Shown piece by piece: positions 1 to 10,589 of a DNA stretch of 64,000 nt; the stretch's first letter is position 1; every line of letters begins with the position of its first letter. This DNA is from a virus. Taxonomy: Duplodnaviria; Caudoviricetes. Position numbers and translations under genes: made by a program. The notes beneath the pieces were generated by a model that was given only the letters and a program-made list of their open reading frames with translations, ran no database searches and was not told where the DNA came from. The DNA is taken from positions 1-64,000 of IMG/VR virus record IMGVR_UViG_3300027374_000478; one strand, 5' to 3'.

Positions 1-1590
1 CCACTGATGCCATATTAAAAATTCCCCATAAAATGAAGATACATTTTTTGCATGTCCCAACCGATACCATGCACCAGTAGTATTAGCTTTGATAGTTCGG
101 GTACTGCTGTGGAAAACTATATTCTTATTTAGTTCAGTAATCTTATCGTTCAAAATCTTTCCTTGAGTTGCATCTAATGCAAATCCTGCTACTGTAGCTA
201 AAAGATTATTAATAACACTTGTCTTTGGGAATTTTGTGTCGTTTAAGATTTTTCCTTGTTTTGCACTTAAAGAATCAACCGTAGATTGCGAATTAAGATT
301 ATCTTGGATTCCACGCCATGAGTTTTTATATCCGGTATCATTTTCAAATTCTGATAATTTTGTTGGAAGATTAACCAAATCAGTATAATTGGCAGTAAAT
401 GCTACCGTTTTAAGATCAGCAAAAAACTTCGTTATTTTTCCAAATATTTCCGAAAGTTTATTTCCGCTAGATATGTTTTCCCTGATTTCTGCTGGTTCGA
501 ATGTTGGGGTCTGGTCGTTAGTTGTTACATTTGGAACATTGCCAAGTCCTATATTTTCAGCAGTAATATTAACATTACCAACGCGATAATTATTTTCTGC
601 ACCACCCTTAATACCCGTTACCTGTATTCCGACCATAATATCCCATTTTTCCGTTCTTGCCCAATAAACATTGGTTCCTGCACGATAAAAAATACCGCTT
701 CCATCAACGAAACGTTCATCTGTTGTAAAATCATTCGATATATTATACATATATCCAATTCTAGGCTCTGTAGGAAGTTCTTCAAATGTTATCGTGCCAT
801 CTGGAATAATAGCGCCAGCAGTAGCAGCAGCGACAATTCTCTGAGCCTGCTCCAATAATTTTTGAGCCTCATCTACCAACTGTTGAGCCAACTCTGAGTA
901 TGATTTTGCATTATCAAAAATATCTGTTGGGCGAACTTCGCCTTCTGTACCAACAGCGTAACTCTTAGCTTGTAAATGAAACATTTCAGCTTCGTTTGCA
1001 CTAGATGCTGCATTTTCTTCACTTTTACTTGTGGCATCCTGTGAAGCTTGTGCATTATTTTCAGATTCCTTTGCATTTATTGCTGATACTTTTGCCTGTT
1101 CATAATATCCCTTGGCACTATCAAGTTCTTCATTTTCACGCAAACTAGTATCGCCAATAGCATAGCTTCTGGATAAAACAGAATAATCATTAGCACTTTT
1201 TGCAAACTCTTTTGCTTCGTCTAAAACCTGTTTAAATGTAATATATTCTTTCTGGTCTGAATACACATAATCTGCTGGTCTAGGGCGTTTCCTTACCATA
1301 ATTCTAAAACAATATACACTTTTCTGTTCGTTGTTTTTATCAATGAAAATATATCCAGTAATAGGATATGGTTCTGATAAAAGATCATTTGGGACTGTTG
1401 CAGATAATGTGTTGTCTTGGTACGTAGATTCTACAACCATAGCTTCATCAATGTTATTCTGATTAAAAAAATGTACTTTATAAGCTTTGTCTATTTCATC
1501 TTCTTGAACAAAGACTTTAACGTTCTTATCCCATTGTACTAATGAGTTTACTGAATTATTATTTATATCAAAAATAGTAATCTCTTGCAT
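1..1590 (-). CDS. Tail fibre / receptor-binding protein, partial (runs off left edge)
   Basis: ATG at 1590 (MQEITIFDINNN...); frame open to base 1, so absent from the ORF track. Contains LVQWD, an Ala/Ser-rich coil, GNVNIT..IGLGNV and LSAKQGKILND/LDATQGKILND repeats typical of Firmicute phage fibres. Confidence 0.75.
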   Translation of the reverse strand, partial: MQEITIFDINNNSVNSLVQWDKNVKVFVQEDEIDKAYKVHFFNQNNIDEAMVVESTYQDNTLSATVPNDLLSEPYPITGYIFIDKNNEQKSVYCFRIMVRKRPRPADYVYSDQKEYITFKQVLDEAKEFAKSANDYSVLSRSYAIGDTSLRENEELDSAKGYYEQAKVSAINAKESENNAQASQDATSKSEENAASSANEAEMFHLQAKSYAVGTEGEVRPTDIFDNAKSYSELAQQLVDEAQKLLEQAQRIVAAATAGAIIPDGTITFEELPTEPRIGYMYNISNDFTTDERFVDGSGIFYRAGTNVYWARTEKWDIMVGIQVTGIKGGAENNYRVGNVNITAENIGLGNVPNVTTNDQTPTFEPAEIRENISSGNKLSEIFGKITKFFADLKTVAFTANYTDLVNLPTKLSEFENDTGYKNSWRGIQDNLNSQSTVDSLSAKQGKILNDTKFPKTSVINNLLATVAGFALDATQGKILNDKITELNKNIVFHSSTRTIKANTTGAWYRLGHAKNVSSFYGEFLIWHQW

Positions 1591-1650
1591 TTTACAACCT
1601 CATAAAAAATCACCAGATTACACAAGTAATTTCTGGTGATTTTACTTTCT

Positions 1651-1872
1651 TTATTTGTTTGCTTCAGGTGTAGTAGAGTGCATGTTCTTTTTATAGTTTT
1701 TCATATCTATTTCTAACTGCCGTTGACTTGCTACCCTGATATCATTTAAAATATCTCTTAGTATATATTCAACTACAAATATAGGTAACTGACTATTATT
1801 TATATTTTTAATAATTTCCTCAATAAATTCCTGCTGTATAATTGTCATTGGTTTTGCAGTTTTTTCATTCAT
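1651..1872 (-). CDS. Hypothetical phage protein (tail module)
   Basis: 73-aa ORF with GGAGA RBS, colinear with tail genes. Confidence 0.6.
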   Translation of the reverse strand: MNEKTAKPMTIIQQEFIEEIIKNINNSQLPIFVVEYILRDILNDIRVASQRQLEIDMKNYKKNMHSTTPEANK

Positions 1873-1898
1873 AATTATTTCTCCATTATCCTATTGTG

Positions 1899-2108
1899 TT
1901 AAGTAGGTATTTTTGATGTTAAGTTTCTAGTAATAGCATCAACATGTGATTGTAAATCGTCGTCAACTACCACAATGTTAAATCTCTCGTTACTTTTTAT
2001 GAGTTTTCCATCTTCTGAAATCTCTGAATAAGTAGCAGATATTCTACTGCCTTCAGCAGTTTTATGATGTGTAAACGATGTTATTTTTTTGATATTATTC
2101 ATTTTCAA
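1899..2108 (-). CDS. Hypothetical phage protein (tail module)
   Basis: 69-aa ORF overlapping the end of the spike gene. Confidence 0.6.
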   Translation of the reverse strand: MKMNNIKKITSFTHHKTAEGSRISATYSEISEDGKLIKSNERFNIVVVDDDLQSHVDAITRNLTSKIPT

Positions 2109-5100
2109 TTAACTCCTTTTCATATGATTTTAAATAATTATCTGCTTGTTCAATGTAATCAATTTCTGAACCATTATCAGACGATATTATTTCTTCTAAT
2201 CGTTCAAATGAATAATCAGCTTGTTTTGCTTTGATTTCCCAATCAAACTCCGTATTTGGAATACCTTTGACAATAAAATAGTTACATTCTTTTTGATAAA
2301 CATATATTTGGTCGTTAGAATATGATTGTAAAAATACACTATAATTTTGTATAGTATCAACTGTCTCTGAAAAAATGCAATCTATATCAATATAACAAAA
2401 TCCGTCATCACCAATAATTCCGTGTCCAATATCACCAAAATAGGGGCTTGTAGTTTCGTAACAATAAAGAAGCCTGTTATCATAAGAACGTGTGTTAATT
2501 ATGCGTGATTTAGAACCGCTTACATTTAAATCACCTTCTATATTTACGCCACCTCTTTGTGTGATTAGTTTAATAGTTCCTCTACCAGTAGTTGATATTT
2601 TGAAACCATCAGTATTAAATGTCATAATTGAAGATGTAAATAATGGATCATCTCCATAATATTGTGTTCCAATAAATACACCTTCGGTTGGATTAGAAGA
2701 CATGACCCATTTAAAATTATCACCATTTATTGAAACAGGAACACTAACGTTAAATGACTTTGTAAATTCTCCACTACTACCAGAAATATTTGTACCAGTA
2801 ATATTTCCACTAAATTTCCCGTTCTTTGCTTGAAGACTTCCATCTGATAGAATCTTAAAATTTTCGTTTGCTGTAACAAGACCTTCTAGTTTGATTTTTT
2901 CTGCTTTAATAGAAACTTCTTCATTACTCTTATTTATTTTATCAATAATTTTATAATCATCTAATTCAGTACCATCCCCCTTTAAATGCAACACCCCATT
3001 TTCGTCGACAGATAATATACTTCCATTCTTGTTTGATAGTGATAGCAATGTACTAGAATTAGGATTCACAATAAAAGTATTTTTGTCATTGGTTATCTTT
3101 AATCCATTCTTATCAAACGTAAGAGAATTATCGTCAGAATAAATACCAAGGTTTTCTCCTAGAATTAGATTTCCAATTAATGTTTCAGCATTAACGCCAT
3201 ATGTATATTTTAGTTCGTTTGTCGATGGTTCATAATAATAATATCCGCCAATAGCAGTTTTTACATTTTCCCAATTATCATTGGTAATGAGTATGGAATT
3301 ATTTAAAAAACGCATTTGTTCATCGTGATAAGAATCGGTTATTTCATCATATTTTCTTAACAGAAATCCATGTTCATCCCATGTTTGTGTTTGTCCATCA
3401 GAACCAGATAAGATTTTTGTTTTAGTTACATCAAGTCCATTTTGTACCCATTTGTTTACAACCTCTTGACTTTTTAAACCTTGTTCTGCTTGTCTTTGTA
3501 CATAATCATAAGATGATGTAATCGAACTTGCTTTATCGAAAATCGATTTAGAATCGCTTATACCACCAATAATTCTAAGAACATCTGAAAAATCAACAGT
3601 AGATAAGTTTGCCAAATTATCATAATCAATTTCATATTCAATTAACCTTAATTTATAAATCTTGTCATCTATTTGAACTCTTAACCAATTCCCTATTTCA
3701 AAATGGTCGTATAAAGGTTTGAATTTTTTGATTGCAAAAATATTTTTTAAGTTAGAAGAAATAGAATGTTGAAGAGTAGAAGACTTATATATTTCTTTAC
3801 TGGCAGTTTCAAGAAATTCTAGCGCTCTATTAAATAATTCTGTATTATTTAAACCGTCAGATATATAATTGCTATTAGAATACTTGTCTTCTCTGCGATA
3901 CGCATAAAAGTCTAACCACAATTCTTTTCCAAGATATTTTTCAAAATTAAGATTATCTTGGATTTGCTGTTTTTCTTCAATAATGTAAGTTTGTATTCCG
4001 TGTGAAATTACGTTATTATCGTTTGAAGCTCCAGTGATTGTCTCAACTTCATTTTCTCTTATAGCGATTTCAGATTGAATTGCATCTAATTTATTTCTAT
4101 ATGGGAGGTATAATTCATCGTATAAACTAGGGGTTTTATCTGCCCATGTTTCTCTGTTAGCAATTCCCTGTTCAATTAAAATATCAATACATGATTGACA
4201 TATATTGTAAAAAGAATTGAGGCTATCTAGGCAGTATTTTTTTAGTTCTTCACAGAAAAGATTGTGAGTCATTTTAAAAAGCCCAGATATGCTTAAATCA
4301 TGCGCTTCTTTGGATAATAATTTATCGATTTGCTGTTTTACATATTTCTCGTAATTATCATTAATTGTTACAGTAATATCAGAAGTTGTTGTAGTATCTT
4401 CTTCATCAGAATAGTTTGTGACAATAAAACTACCTTTCCATGTTAAATTTGACATGGAAGATGTGTTTATTTTTACTTGATATCTTGGATCGACTATAGA
4501 TTTTGCAAAGCTTAAGACTGCATTGTTAGCAGTAGAAATAGATATATATTTAATGTTTGAAACACTTATAGGAGACAAATTTTTAGATGTTAATAAATTG
4601 CCTTGTTCTTCTGCGCTAGTATCATTTAATTTGGCATCTGGCATTAATATAGACTTTAAATATAATGCTAAATCAATAGTATTGTAATATGCTGTCATTA
4701 GCCTGGGATATCCTATTATCGGTATATTGATTTGCTCTAAATTCTGGTTATATGCTTTGTATTTTAAAATGATATCATTATATTTTTTCAATAAAGCGTC
4801 ATCAATGGATATATGATGATTCTTTTGATAATAATCAAATAATTCATCATACTGATTTATCTTATTTACTAGCTCATCTGGCATAATTTCTTTCATATCG
4901 TCAGAAATGTACCAAATATAATCAGAACCGTTAGGATTACAGTTTCGTATTGTTGCTGTCATTAAATCGTCGCCTGCTTCTAGCTTAAAGCAATTATTTA
5001 CAGCAACAGTATCAGTTGTAAGTTTTAAATCATTAGCAATTTCATTCGATGTGATAAAAATAGAAGTATCTTCACCATATCCATCAGTTATATTGACACT

Positions 5101-5811
5101 ATTACATTTTGGACACTTGTCAGTAAATTCTCCTCTATATTCACAGTCAATACAATTATGTTGTAAATCATATACAGATATGTCTCGAATGATATTTTCT
5201 TCCTTGTTTATATATGTTTCATATATGAATATACATCCGATTTCTTCAGCAATTTCCATAAAAGCATCATCGATGGATGTGTCATCAAATGTAAATGCTC
5301 TTTGTAATTTTGCAATACTGGCATCAACGTGAGCTATATGGTAATGTGGTGCTTTTTCAAGAATTCGATGTAGCAAAGATTTTTGGGGATTGTCTTTGTC
5401 AAATAAAATGGCAATTTCATAGTCATCTCTAGCTATGTCTTTCTCAGTGTTTATTTCTACGTTAAAAAGCTTTATCTTTGATAATTCTGCTTTCCCAAGC
5501 TCTATACCAGACACATGTTTTATAGTTTTATTTGTTTCATCAATTTCAACAGAAATTTCAAACCACGTATTCCATTCTTTACATAATACTAAACGAAAAT
5601 TAACAATTCTGTCCCATAAGTGGTTTTTGATGTTATTTTCATATTTATTTACACTAAATGATATCTCAGATGGATTAACCATGCTATCTTTGACTATAAC
5701 ATTTTTGGCAATAATCTCTCCTAACTTATCACCATTTTTATTTGCCAAAATAATAGTAGGCATCTCAGGAGCGTGTGTAATAGGGTCAAATTTAAGCTTT
5801 ATTTTGCTCAT
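2095..5811 (-). CDS. Tail spike / Tal-like minor tail protein with probable C-terminal intramolecular chaperone
   Basis: 1238 aa directly after Dit; C-terminal YCYET..YFGDIG...EFDWEIKAKQ resembles auto-cleaved chaperone domains. Confidence 0.75.
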   Translation of the reverse strand: MSKIKLKFDPITHAPEMPTIILANKNGDKLGEIIAKNVIVKDSMVNPSEISFSVNKYENNIKNHLWDRIVNFRLVLCKEWNTWFEISVEIDETNKTIKHVSGIELGKAELSKIKLFNVEINTEKDIARDDYEIAILFDKDNPQKSLLHRILEKAPHYHIAHVDASIAKLQRAFTFDDTSIDDAFMEIAEEIGCIFIYETYINKEENIIRDISVYDLQHNCIDCEYRGEFTDKCPKCNSVNITDGYGEDTSIFITSNEIANDLKLTTDTVAVNNCFKLEAGDDLMTATIRNCNPNGSDYIWYISDDMKEIMPDELVNKINQYDELFDYYQKNHHISIDDALLKKYNDIILKYKAYNQNLEQINIPIIGYPRLMTAYYNTIDLALYLKSILMPDAKLNDTSAEEQGNLLTSKNLSPISVSNIKYISISTANNAVLSFAKSIVDPRYQVKINTSSMSNLTWKGSFIVTNYSDEEDTTTTSDITVTINDNYEKYVKQQIDKLLSKEAHDLSISGLFKMTHNLFCEELKKYCLDSLNSFYNICQSCIDILIEQGIANRETWADKTPSLYDELYLPYRNKLDAIQSEIAIRENEVETITGASNDNNVISHGIQTYIIEEKQQIQDNLNFEKYLGKELWLDFYAYRREDKYSNSNYISDGLNNTELFNRALEFLETASKEIYKSSTLQHSISSNLKNIFAIKKFKPLYDHFEIGNWLRVQIDDKIYKLRLIEYEIDYDNLANLSTVDFSDVLRIIGGISDSKSIFDKASSITSSYDYVQRQAEQGLKSQEVVNKWVQNGLDVTKTKILSGSDGQTQTWDEHGFLLRKYDEITDSYHDEQMRFLNNSILITNDNWENVKTAIGGYYYYEPSTNELKYTYGVNAETLIGNLILGENLGIYSDDNSLTFDKNGLKITNDKNTFIVNPNSSTLLSLSNKNGSILSVDENGVLHLKGDGTELDDYKIIDKINKSNEEVSIKAEKIKLEGLVTANENFKILSDGSLQAKNGKFSGNITGTNISGSSGEFTKSFNVSVPVSINGDNFKWVMSSNPTEGVFIGTQYYGDDPLFTSSIMTFNTDGFKISTTGRGTIKLITQRGGVNIEGDLNVSGSKSRIINTRSYDNRLLYCYETTSPYFGDIGHGIIGDDGFCYIDIDCIFSETVDTIQNYSVFLQSYSNDQIYVYQKECNYFIVKGIPNTEFDWEIKAKQADYSFERLEEIISSDNGSEIDYIEQADNYLKSYEKELIENE

Positions 5812-5822
5812 TTTCTACCTCC

Positions 5823-6629
5823 TCATATACCTACTTTTACAATAGGCGAATATTTTATTTTAATTATACAGGGAACCGAAATAGTAAGCATGTTTTGATT
5901 ATTTCGGAATGTATTATATATTCTAAACCAATTCCAATTAAAATCATTTTGAATTTTATGAGATGGAAGAGAAGAGTAGATTATGGGATAATCTAAAGTT
6001 ATTTTCTCACCTGCAATACAATTTTTTATTTCCATTAACCTATCCTCTAAGCTGTTATGAATGGCAAATGTGCCATCTTCAATAATATCAATTTCCATAT
6101 GAGGATAAATATATCCTTCTTCGTCAGAAATGTCATTGATAATTTTTTTGCCGTTTGTTTCAGTATTATTTATAAAAATAGATATTGGCTCGTGTAATGC
6201 GAATGGTCTATTAGTTGTCATTTCCAACTCTAATCCGCATATCATATCTCCGAATTTCAATTTGCTGATATTATTAAAGCTTGATTCAAAATAAAAATCT
6301 ACATATTCATCTCCTAAGGGTTTGAATTTATGAAAATCTTTGCGGTTTAACCACGACATCAAATCTCTTAAATCATGTACATTAATCTCAAAATTGCTAT
6401 TCATACATGGGTCTTTGCAGATTTGAAACGTTGTTTTAAGACATTCTGTATATTGCGAATCAGTCAATTCGTATTTTTTCCCATTTAAGGTATTTACAGT
6501 ATTAAAGGTGATTTGGGAACCATTAGAGACTGTTTGTAATCCTCCTGAATCAAATCTACATACCATATAACCCATATCACTTAAAGTGATGCCATCATAT
6601 TCAAAATCATACAATTCCACGATTATCAC
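5823..6629 (-). CDS. Distal tail protein (Dit)-like
   Basis: DFEYDGITLSDMGY N-terminus, position after TMP; true start probably GTG at 6620. Confidence 0.7.
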   Translation of the reverse strand: MIIVELYDFEYDGITLSDMGYMVCRFDSGGLQTVSNGSQITFNTVNTLNGKKYELTDSQYTECLKTTFQICKDPCMNSNFEINVHDLRDLMSWLNRKDFHKFKPLGDEYVDFYFESSFNNISKLKFGDMICGLELEMTTNRPFALHEPISIFINNTETNGKKIINDISDEEGYIYPHMEIDIIEDGTFAIHNSLEDRLMEIKNCIAGEKITLDYPIIYSSLPSHKIQNDFNWNWFRIYNTFRNNQNMLTISVPCIIKIKYSPIVKVGI

Positions 6630-6648
6630 CTCCGTATTTACTTGGATT

Positions 6649-6942
6649 TTATTCTTTAAAACTTTTATGCCATAAACGTTTAATCCTAACGTTTTTCATG
6701 ATATTCTTGATTTCTGTCAAGTTAGACATTAATTGTCCATACTCATTTTTGATTTCTTCTAACTCATTTAACAACGCAAGCTGGTCTGTACATATATCAT
6801 TAATAAATTCTGATAATTCATCTTTTTTGCTTACATCTATTTCTAAATCAAATATTTTTTCTTTAAGTTTTTCTATTTCAAAACTCTGTCTTAATATAGT
6901 TTGGGTTTGAAAATCCTTTGATTTATGTTTGCTTTTAATCAT
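6649..6942 (-). CDS. Hypothetical coiled-coil protein
   Basis: 97-aa ORF with RBS between TMP and Dit. Confidence 0.5.
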   Translation of the reverse strand: MIKSKHKSKDFQTQTILRQSFEIEKLKEKIFDLEIDVSKKDELSEFINDICTDQLALLNELEEIKNEYGQLMSNLTEIKNIMKNVRIKRLWHKSFKE

Positions 6943-7064
6943 ATAAAAACTTCTCCATATAATTTTTGAGCATAAGACAGGAAATTAATTCACCGATCAA
7001 CAGATCTTATGCTGCTCTATATTAAATGAGGCTGTCTTTCAACAGCCCCATAAGTTAAAATTTT

Positions 7065-9232
7065 CTAAATCCTATATTTTCTCAGTGAACTTCCACCAGA
7101 CATTTCACCTACAGTCGCAGCCTGAATTGCACCCACAAAATTTTTATTATGCATCAAATCGTGTGGCACGCGCTCCATGAATTCATCGTAGTTCGTAACA
7201 TTGGGCAGATTCATGGTCAGGTGGATCTCATTATTAGCTACATTGTTATTCTTAATATTACTAATATTTTGCATTGCGGTTTTTAAGCTCTCTGCTCCGA
7301 GATTTCCTGCAATGTGAGTAGGTGATGTTGTTAATAATGTCCGAAGTGTTTCCATCTGCTTTTGACTAACGACCATATCTCCAGCACCTAACGGAGTAAG
7401 CACTGCGCCATCAGATTTTCTGATGATAGCCTCTGGCTTGTTGTTTTCCTGTGTCCATGCTAACTGGTCATGTGGGACATTCATCGTACCTTTAGCATAT
7501 CCTTTAAGCTGACTTAAGTTTACCCATCCTAAGTTGCCGCTTCCGTACTTTTTCCCAGTGCTGATATGGTAGGGCTTTTTAGCGCCTTTCTTAATCTTTG
7601 TAATATATACAGTGTCCCCTTTGTGTTTGTTTCCAGAAGAACCTGTACCATTACTGTTTTTAAAATAATTTCCACTTTTGTAAGTAACAATGTCGCCTAC
7701 TTCTGCTTTGCCGTTTGGTTTGTATTTTGGGTCATAAATTAAGTTGGTAGTAGCTTTCTTGGTAGGCGAGGTAGTGATTGGCTTTCCTACACCTGATAAC
7801 ATCGATGAAATATTGCTTGCCATATCATTCGATGCAGAACTTGAAGCATTATCAGAAAACACCTTCATGCTTGCAAGCGTATCCAACCGTGTGATCATGT
7901 TTTGGATATTTACATTTATTAATCCCAAGGTGTTATTTACGGTCGTAGCAGCAGACTCAATACCTGTCTGTAAATTATCGCCATAAGTAGTCAATACATT
8001 GGAAAGTTCCCCTGTGCTGGTATTCCAAATCTGCTCCATGGATGTTGATAAATCATAACCCACAGAATCAGCCTTTTCAGAAAGGGTAGTATTGATTGAT
8101 GATGCATTTTCGTTAATCTTTGCGATCATATCTGATATCAGCATTTCGATATCATCTAACCGCTTATTTAAGATTTCCTCATATTCATCATACAAGGTAT
8201 CAAGCATCTTTTTTTGGTCAGACACATATTTATCATATTCAGTTTCTTCCAGATTGTCTTTTGCTTCTTCCAGAGATACTTTATATTCCTGGATTTTGGC
8301 TTTAGCTTCTTCAGAATTGTCACCTTGGTAAGCGTCTAATATCTTCTGTAAATTAGCAATCTCTTTTGTCTGCTCTTTGACGCGCTTCTGATAGTCATAT
8401 AAATCCTTCTGTGCATCCAAGGCTTCTGTATAGGTGTCGATCAGCTCTCTCAAAGAATCCAGTTCTTTTTCAATTCCGTCTTCCACCATATCCTTGATCG
8501 CCTGTTTCTCGTCTTCGGCAGCGAGGATCATATCCTGTTGCAACTCAAGAAGTTCCTGTCTGCGTTCGACCAGTTCCTTGTCATATGGGTCTTCAGCAAT
8601 CTGTTTATCAAGATTATCTATTTCTTTATCATACCTGTCAGCTTGTGCCATGTACACATTGTAATTCATGCCGTGCAAGCCCATAGTAGTAAGCCCCTCG
8701 TTAGTGAGCTGTCCTTTGTCGTTATAAAGCTCCTCATTGCTCAAAAGCTCTGTAAGGAACTTGGATTCGTCTATGATATGGGAAATCTTGCCCTGTAGCA
8801 GATCAAATACTTCCCAACTGATATCACGTATGGAGTTGCCATATTGTATCATGGCTGTATTGGCTTCTTCAATTGAAAGGGTAACATCATCAATCTGGTT
8901 GCACATTTCGTACCAAGCTTCCGATTCTTTTTTAATAGCACCGCTGCTGACAGCTTCATTGAGTGATTTTGTCAAATCAGCTTTTTCTTTCTGAAGTTTA
9001 GAAATATTATTCCGCTCATTATCCATAAGAGCTTCATAGTATTTAATACTTACAATATATCCTTTTTCTTCAGCCTGTGTGATGGATTCATCAAGCATGT
9101 TCTTTTTATTCTCGATAATTGCCAAGATGCTATCATATTGTGATACAACATTATTGAAAGCTGTCTCGTATAATTCGCTAACCTTTTCATTCAGCTCCTC
9201 AACTGCATCACGGCAGTCTAACGCTTTTTCAT
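7065..9232 (-). CDS. Tape measure protein, exon 3
   Basis: Splice TGG T|AT GAA AAA GCG TTA GAC TGC gives QQWYEKALDC, in frame with ORF 7065..9125; coiled-coil plus C-terminal GYAKGT / AWTQE..PEAI motifs. Confidence 0.9.
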
Positions 9233-9399
9233 CATTGTCTTTACATAGTTCGCTACACTATGCGAGTTATCAAAACTCCCCATACTTTCATATGGCATGG
9301 GACTATATCTTCTATCTGTTAAATATTTTTGTGCATAATAAAAGAGCAGGAGAGTATTAATTTTCCTACTCTTTTTATTCTATCTAGTCAACTAAAGTC

Positions 9400-9921
9400 T
9401 CAATCATTCGCTTTATATGACAAAGCTAAATTTTCCATATCTTTAAAATCAATACATCTTTTTGCCAAATCACTATCCGGTTTATCATATTTATTATTAT
9501 AAACTTTTAAAGCAACTTTATCTAAATCCATTGTATTAATAACTTTTAATTCTGTTCGCATTAAAGATATGTATTTACTTTTTTCTTTTTCATTCTTAAA
9601 TGTTCTATGTTTGTCTAAATCCTTATATTGTAATTTATTATATATATTTTTAGGAATTGGGAACATATAGTTTAAATTGATTACAGCAATTAATCTATTA
9701 CTTTTTGGATCAAAAATTTTCTTAAAATCCTCATTGGCTTTCATTTTAAAATGCTTTTGTTTAGGATGAGATACTTGTGTAACATAATAGAAGTCATCAG
9801 TTTCAAACAATACTCCAAAAAATGGCTTATATTTATTATTTCCATAATCTGATTTTGGTATTCTGTTTTCTTTACTCCTAAGATAATTCAAATAATTTTC
9901 ATCAATGACAAGCCATTCCAT
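9400..9921 (-). CDS. toxN: Type III toxin-antitoxin endoribonuclease ToxN/AbiQ family
   Basis: YLNYLR...KPFFGVLF...YYVTQVSHPK...INLNYMFPIP motifs; preceded by repeat array and terminator. Confidence 0.88.
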   Translation of the reverse strand: MEWLVIDENYLNYLRSKENRIPKSDYGNNKYKPFFGVLFETDDFYYVTQVSHPKQKHFKMKANEDFKKIFDPKSNRLIAVINLNYMFPIPKNIYNKLQYKDLDKHRTFKNEKEKSKYISLMRTELKVINTMDLDKVALKVYNNKYDKPDSDLAKRCIDFKDMENLALSYKAND

Positions 9922-9947
9922 AATTTATCTCCTGTAAATTAACTTAT

Positions 9948-9974
9948 AAAAAGAGATAGTTTCCTATCTCTTTT
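9948..9974 (-). terminator. Intrinsic terminator between toxI and toxN
   Basis: AAAAGAGATAG-GAAA-CTATCTCTTTTT hairpin plus U tract. Confidence 0.85.
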
Positions 9975-9978
9975 CTAA

Positions 9979-10071
9979 ATTAATACGGTTTTATAGGCTC
10001 CGTAACCTCTATTAAGATAGTTTTAAGGTTCTATAACCTCTATTAATACGATTTTAAATGGATTCGTAACC
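9979..10071 (-). ncRNA. toxI: ToxI antitoxin RNA, ~3 diverged 30-32 nt pseudoknot repeats
   Basis: Units start at 9979, 10011, 10042; e.g. AGGU-UACGG-A-GCCU...CCGUA forms an H-type pseudoknot, with compensatory changes between units. Confidence 0.85.
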
Positions 10072-10106
10072 AGCTTAAATTGAAAACAATTTGTTTTCTT
10101 GAAGAT

Positions 10107-10135
10107 AGTATATGTTTAAAAAAACTGAATGTCAA
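10107..10135 (-). promoter_or_regulatory. Sigma-A promoter of toxIN
   Basis: TTGACA-17 nt-TATACT. Confidence 0.85.
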
Positions 10136-10589
10136 TACTTTTTATTGTTAAACTTTTATAAAATTTATTATTTTTTTATTAATAAAATGCTTTTTATCCT
10201 TTTATAATTATTTTGATCAATAGATTTTCTTTTTCAATCAGAACTTACATTTATTATATTATTTCTTTTTCATTTTAACAGATAGTCTATATTTTCGAAC
10301 TGCCAATCGCTTGCAGCCCTACATTAAGGCTTTCGCCGCCAATTTAGGCTAGTCTCTGAACGTCTTCCATCAGCATAACCCGTTAAGGAAGTTCGCTGCG
10401 TCTGGGTGACTTGCACACCCGGTTGCCCCTGGTCTGATTACTTTTTATGGTTTCTATCTGCTTGCACATGCAGACTGTAAGCTATAAGCCTATACCGCAT
10501 TCACGCTCACCGTTTCCAGTCACGTTGTAGCGAATCAGATATTATGGGGGTTCCCCGCAATAAAATAGATTAAGTGGCGTGAAAAATTC

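Larger units (their letters stand above)
9233..10589 (-). mobile_element. Group I intron 2 of the TMP gene (1357 nt), ToxIN cargo in P8, no homing endonuclease
   Basis: P1 GUGGU/GCCAC with U.G; R GUUCAGAGACUA 10350-10361; S AAGAUAUAGUC 9301-9311; P8 12-bp inverted repeat 10274-10285/9312-9323; terminal G 9233; P10 UGAAAAA/UUUUUCA; removal restores frame. Confidence 0.92.

Noticed and set aside
1-5811. Diversity-generating retroelement or invertible tail-fibre cassette
   Set aside because: No reverse transcriptase, TR/VR pair or adjacent invertase in this window
9979-10071. Repeat arrays here and at 20162-20265 as mini-CRISPR arrays
   Set aside because: No repeat-spacer architecture of CRISPR type and no cas genes; the first matches ToxI pseudoknots, the second sits inside paired stems
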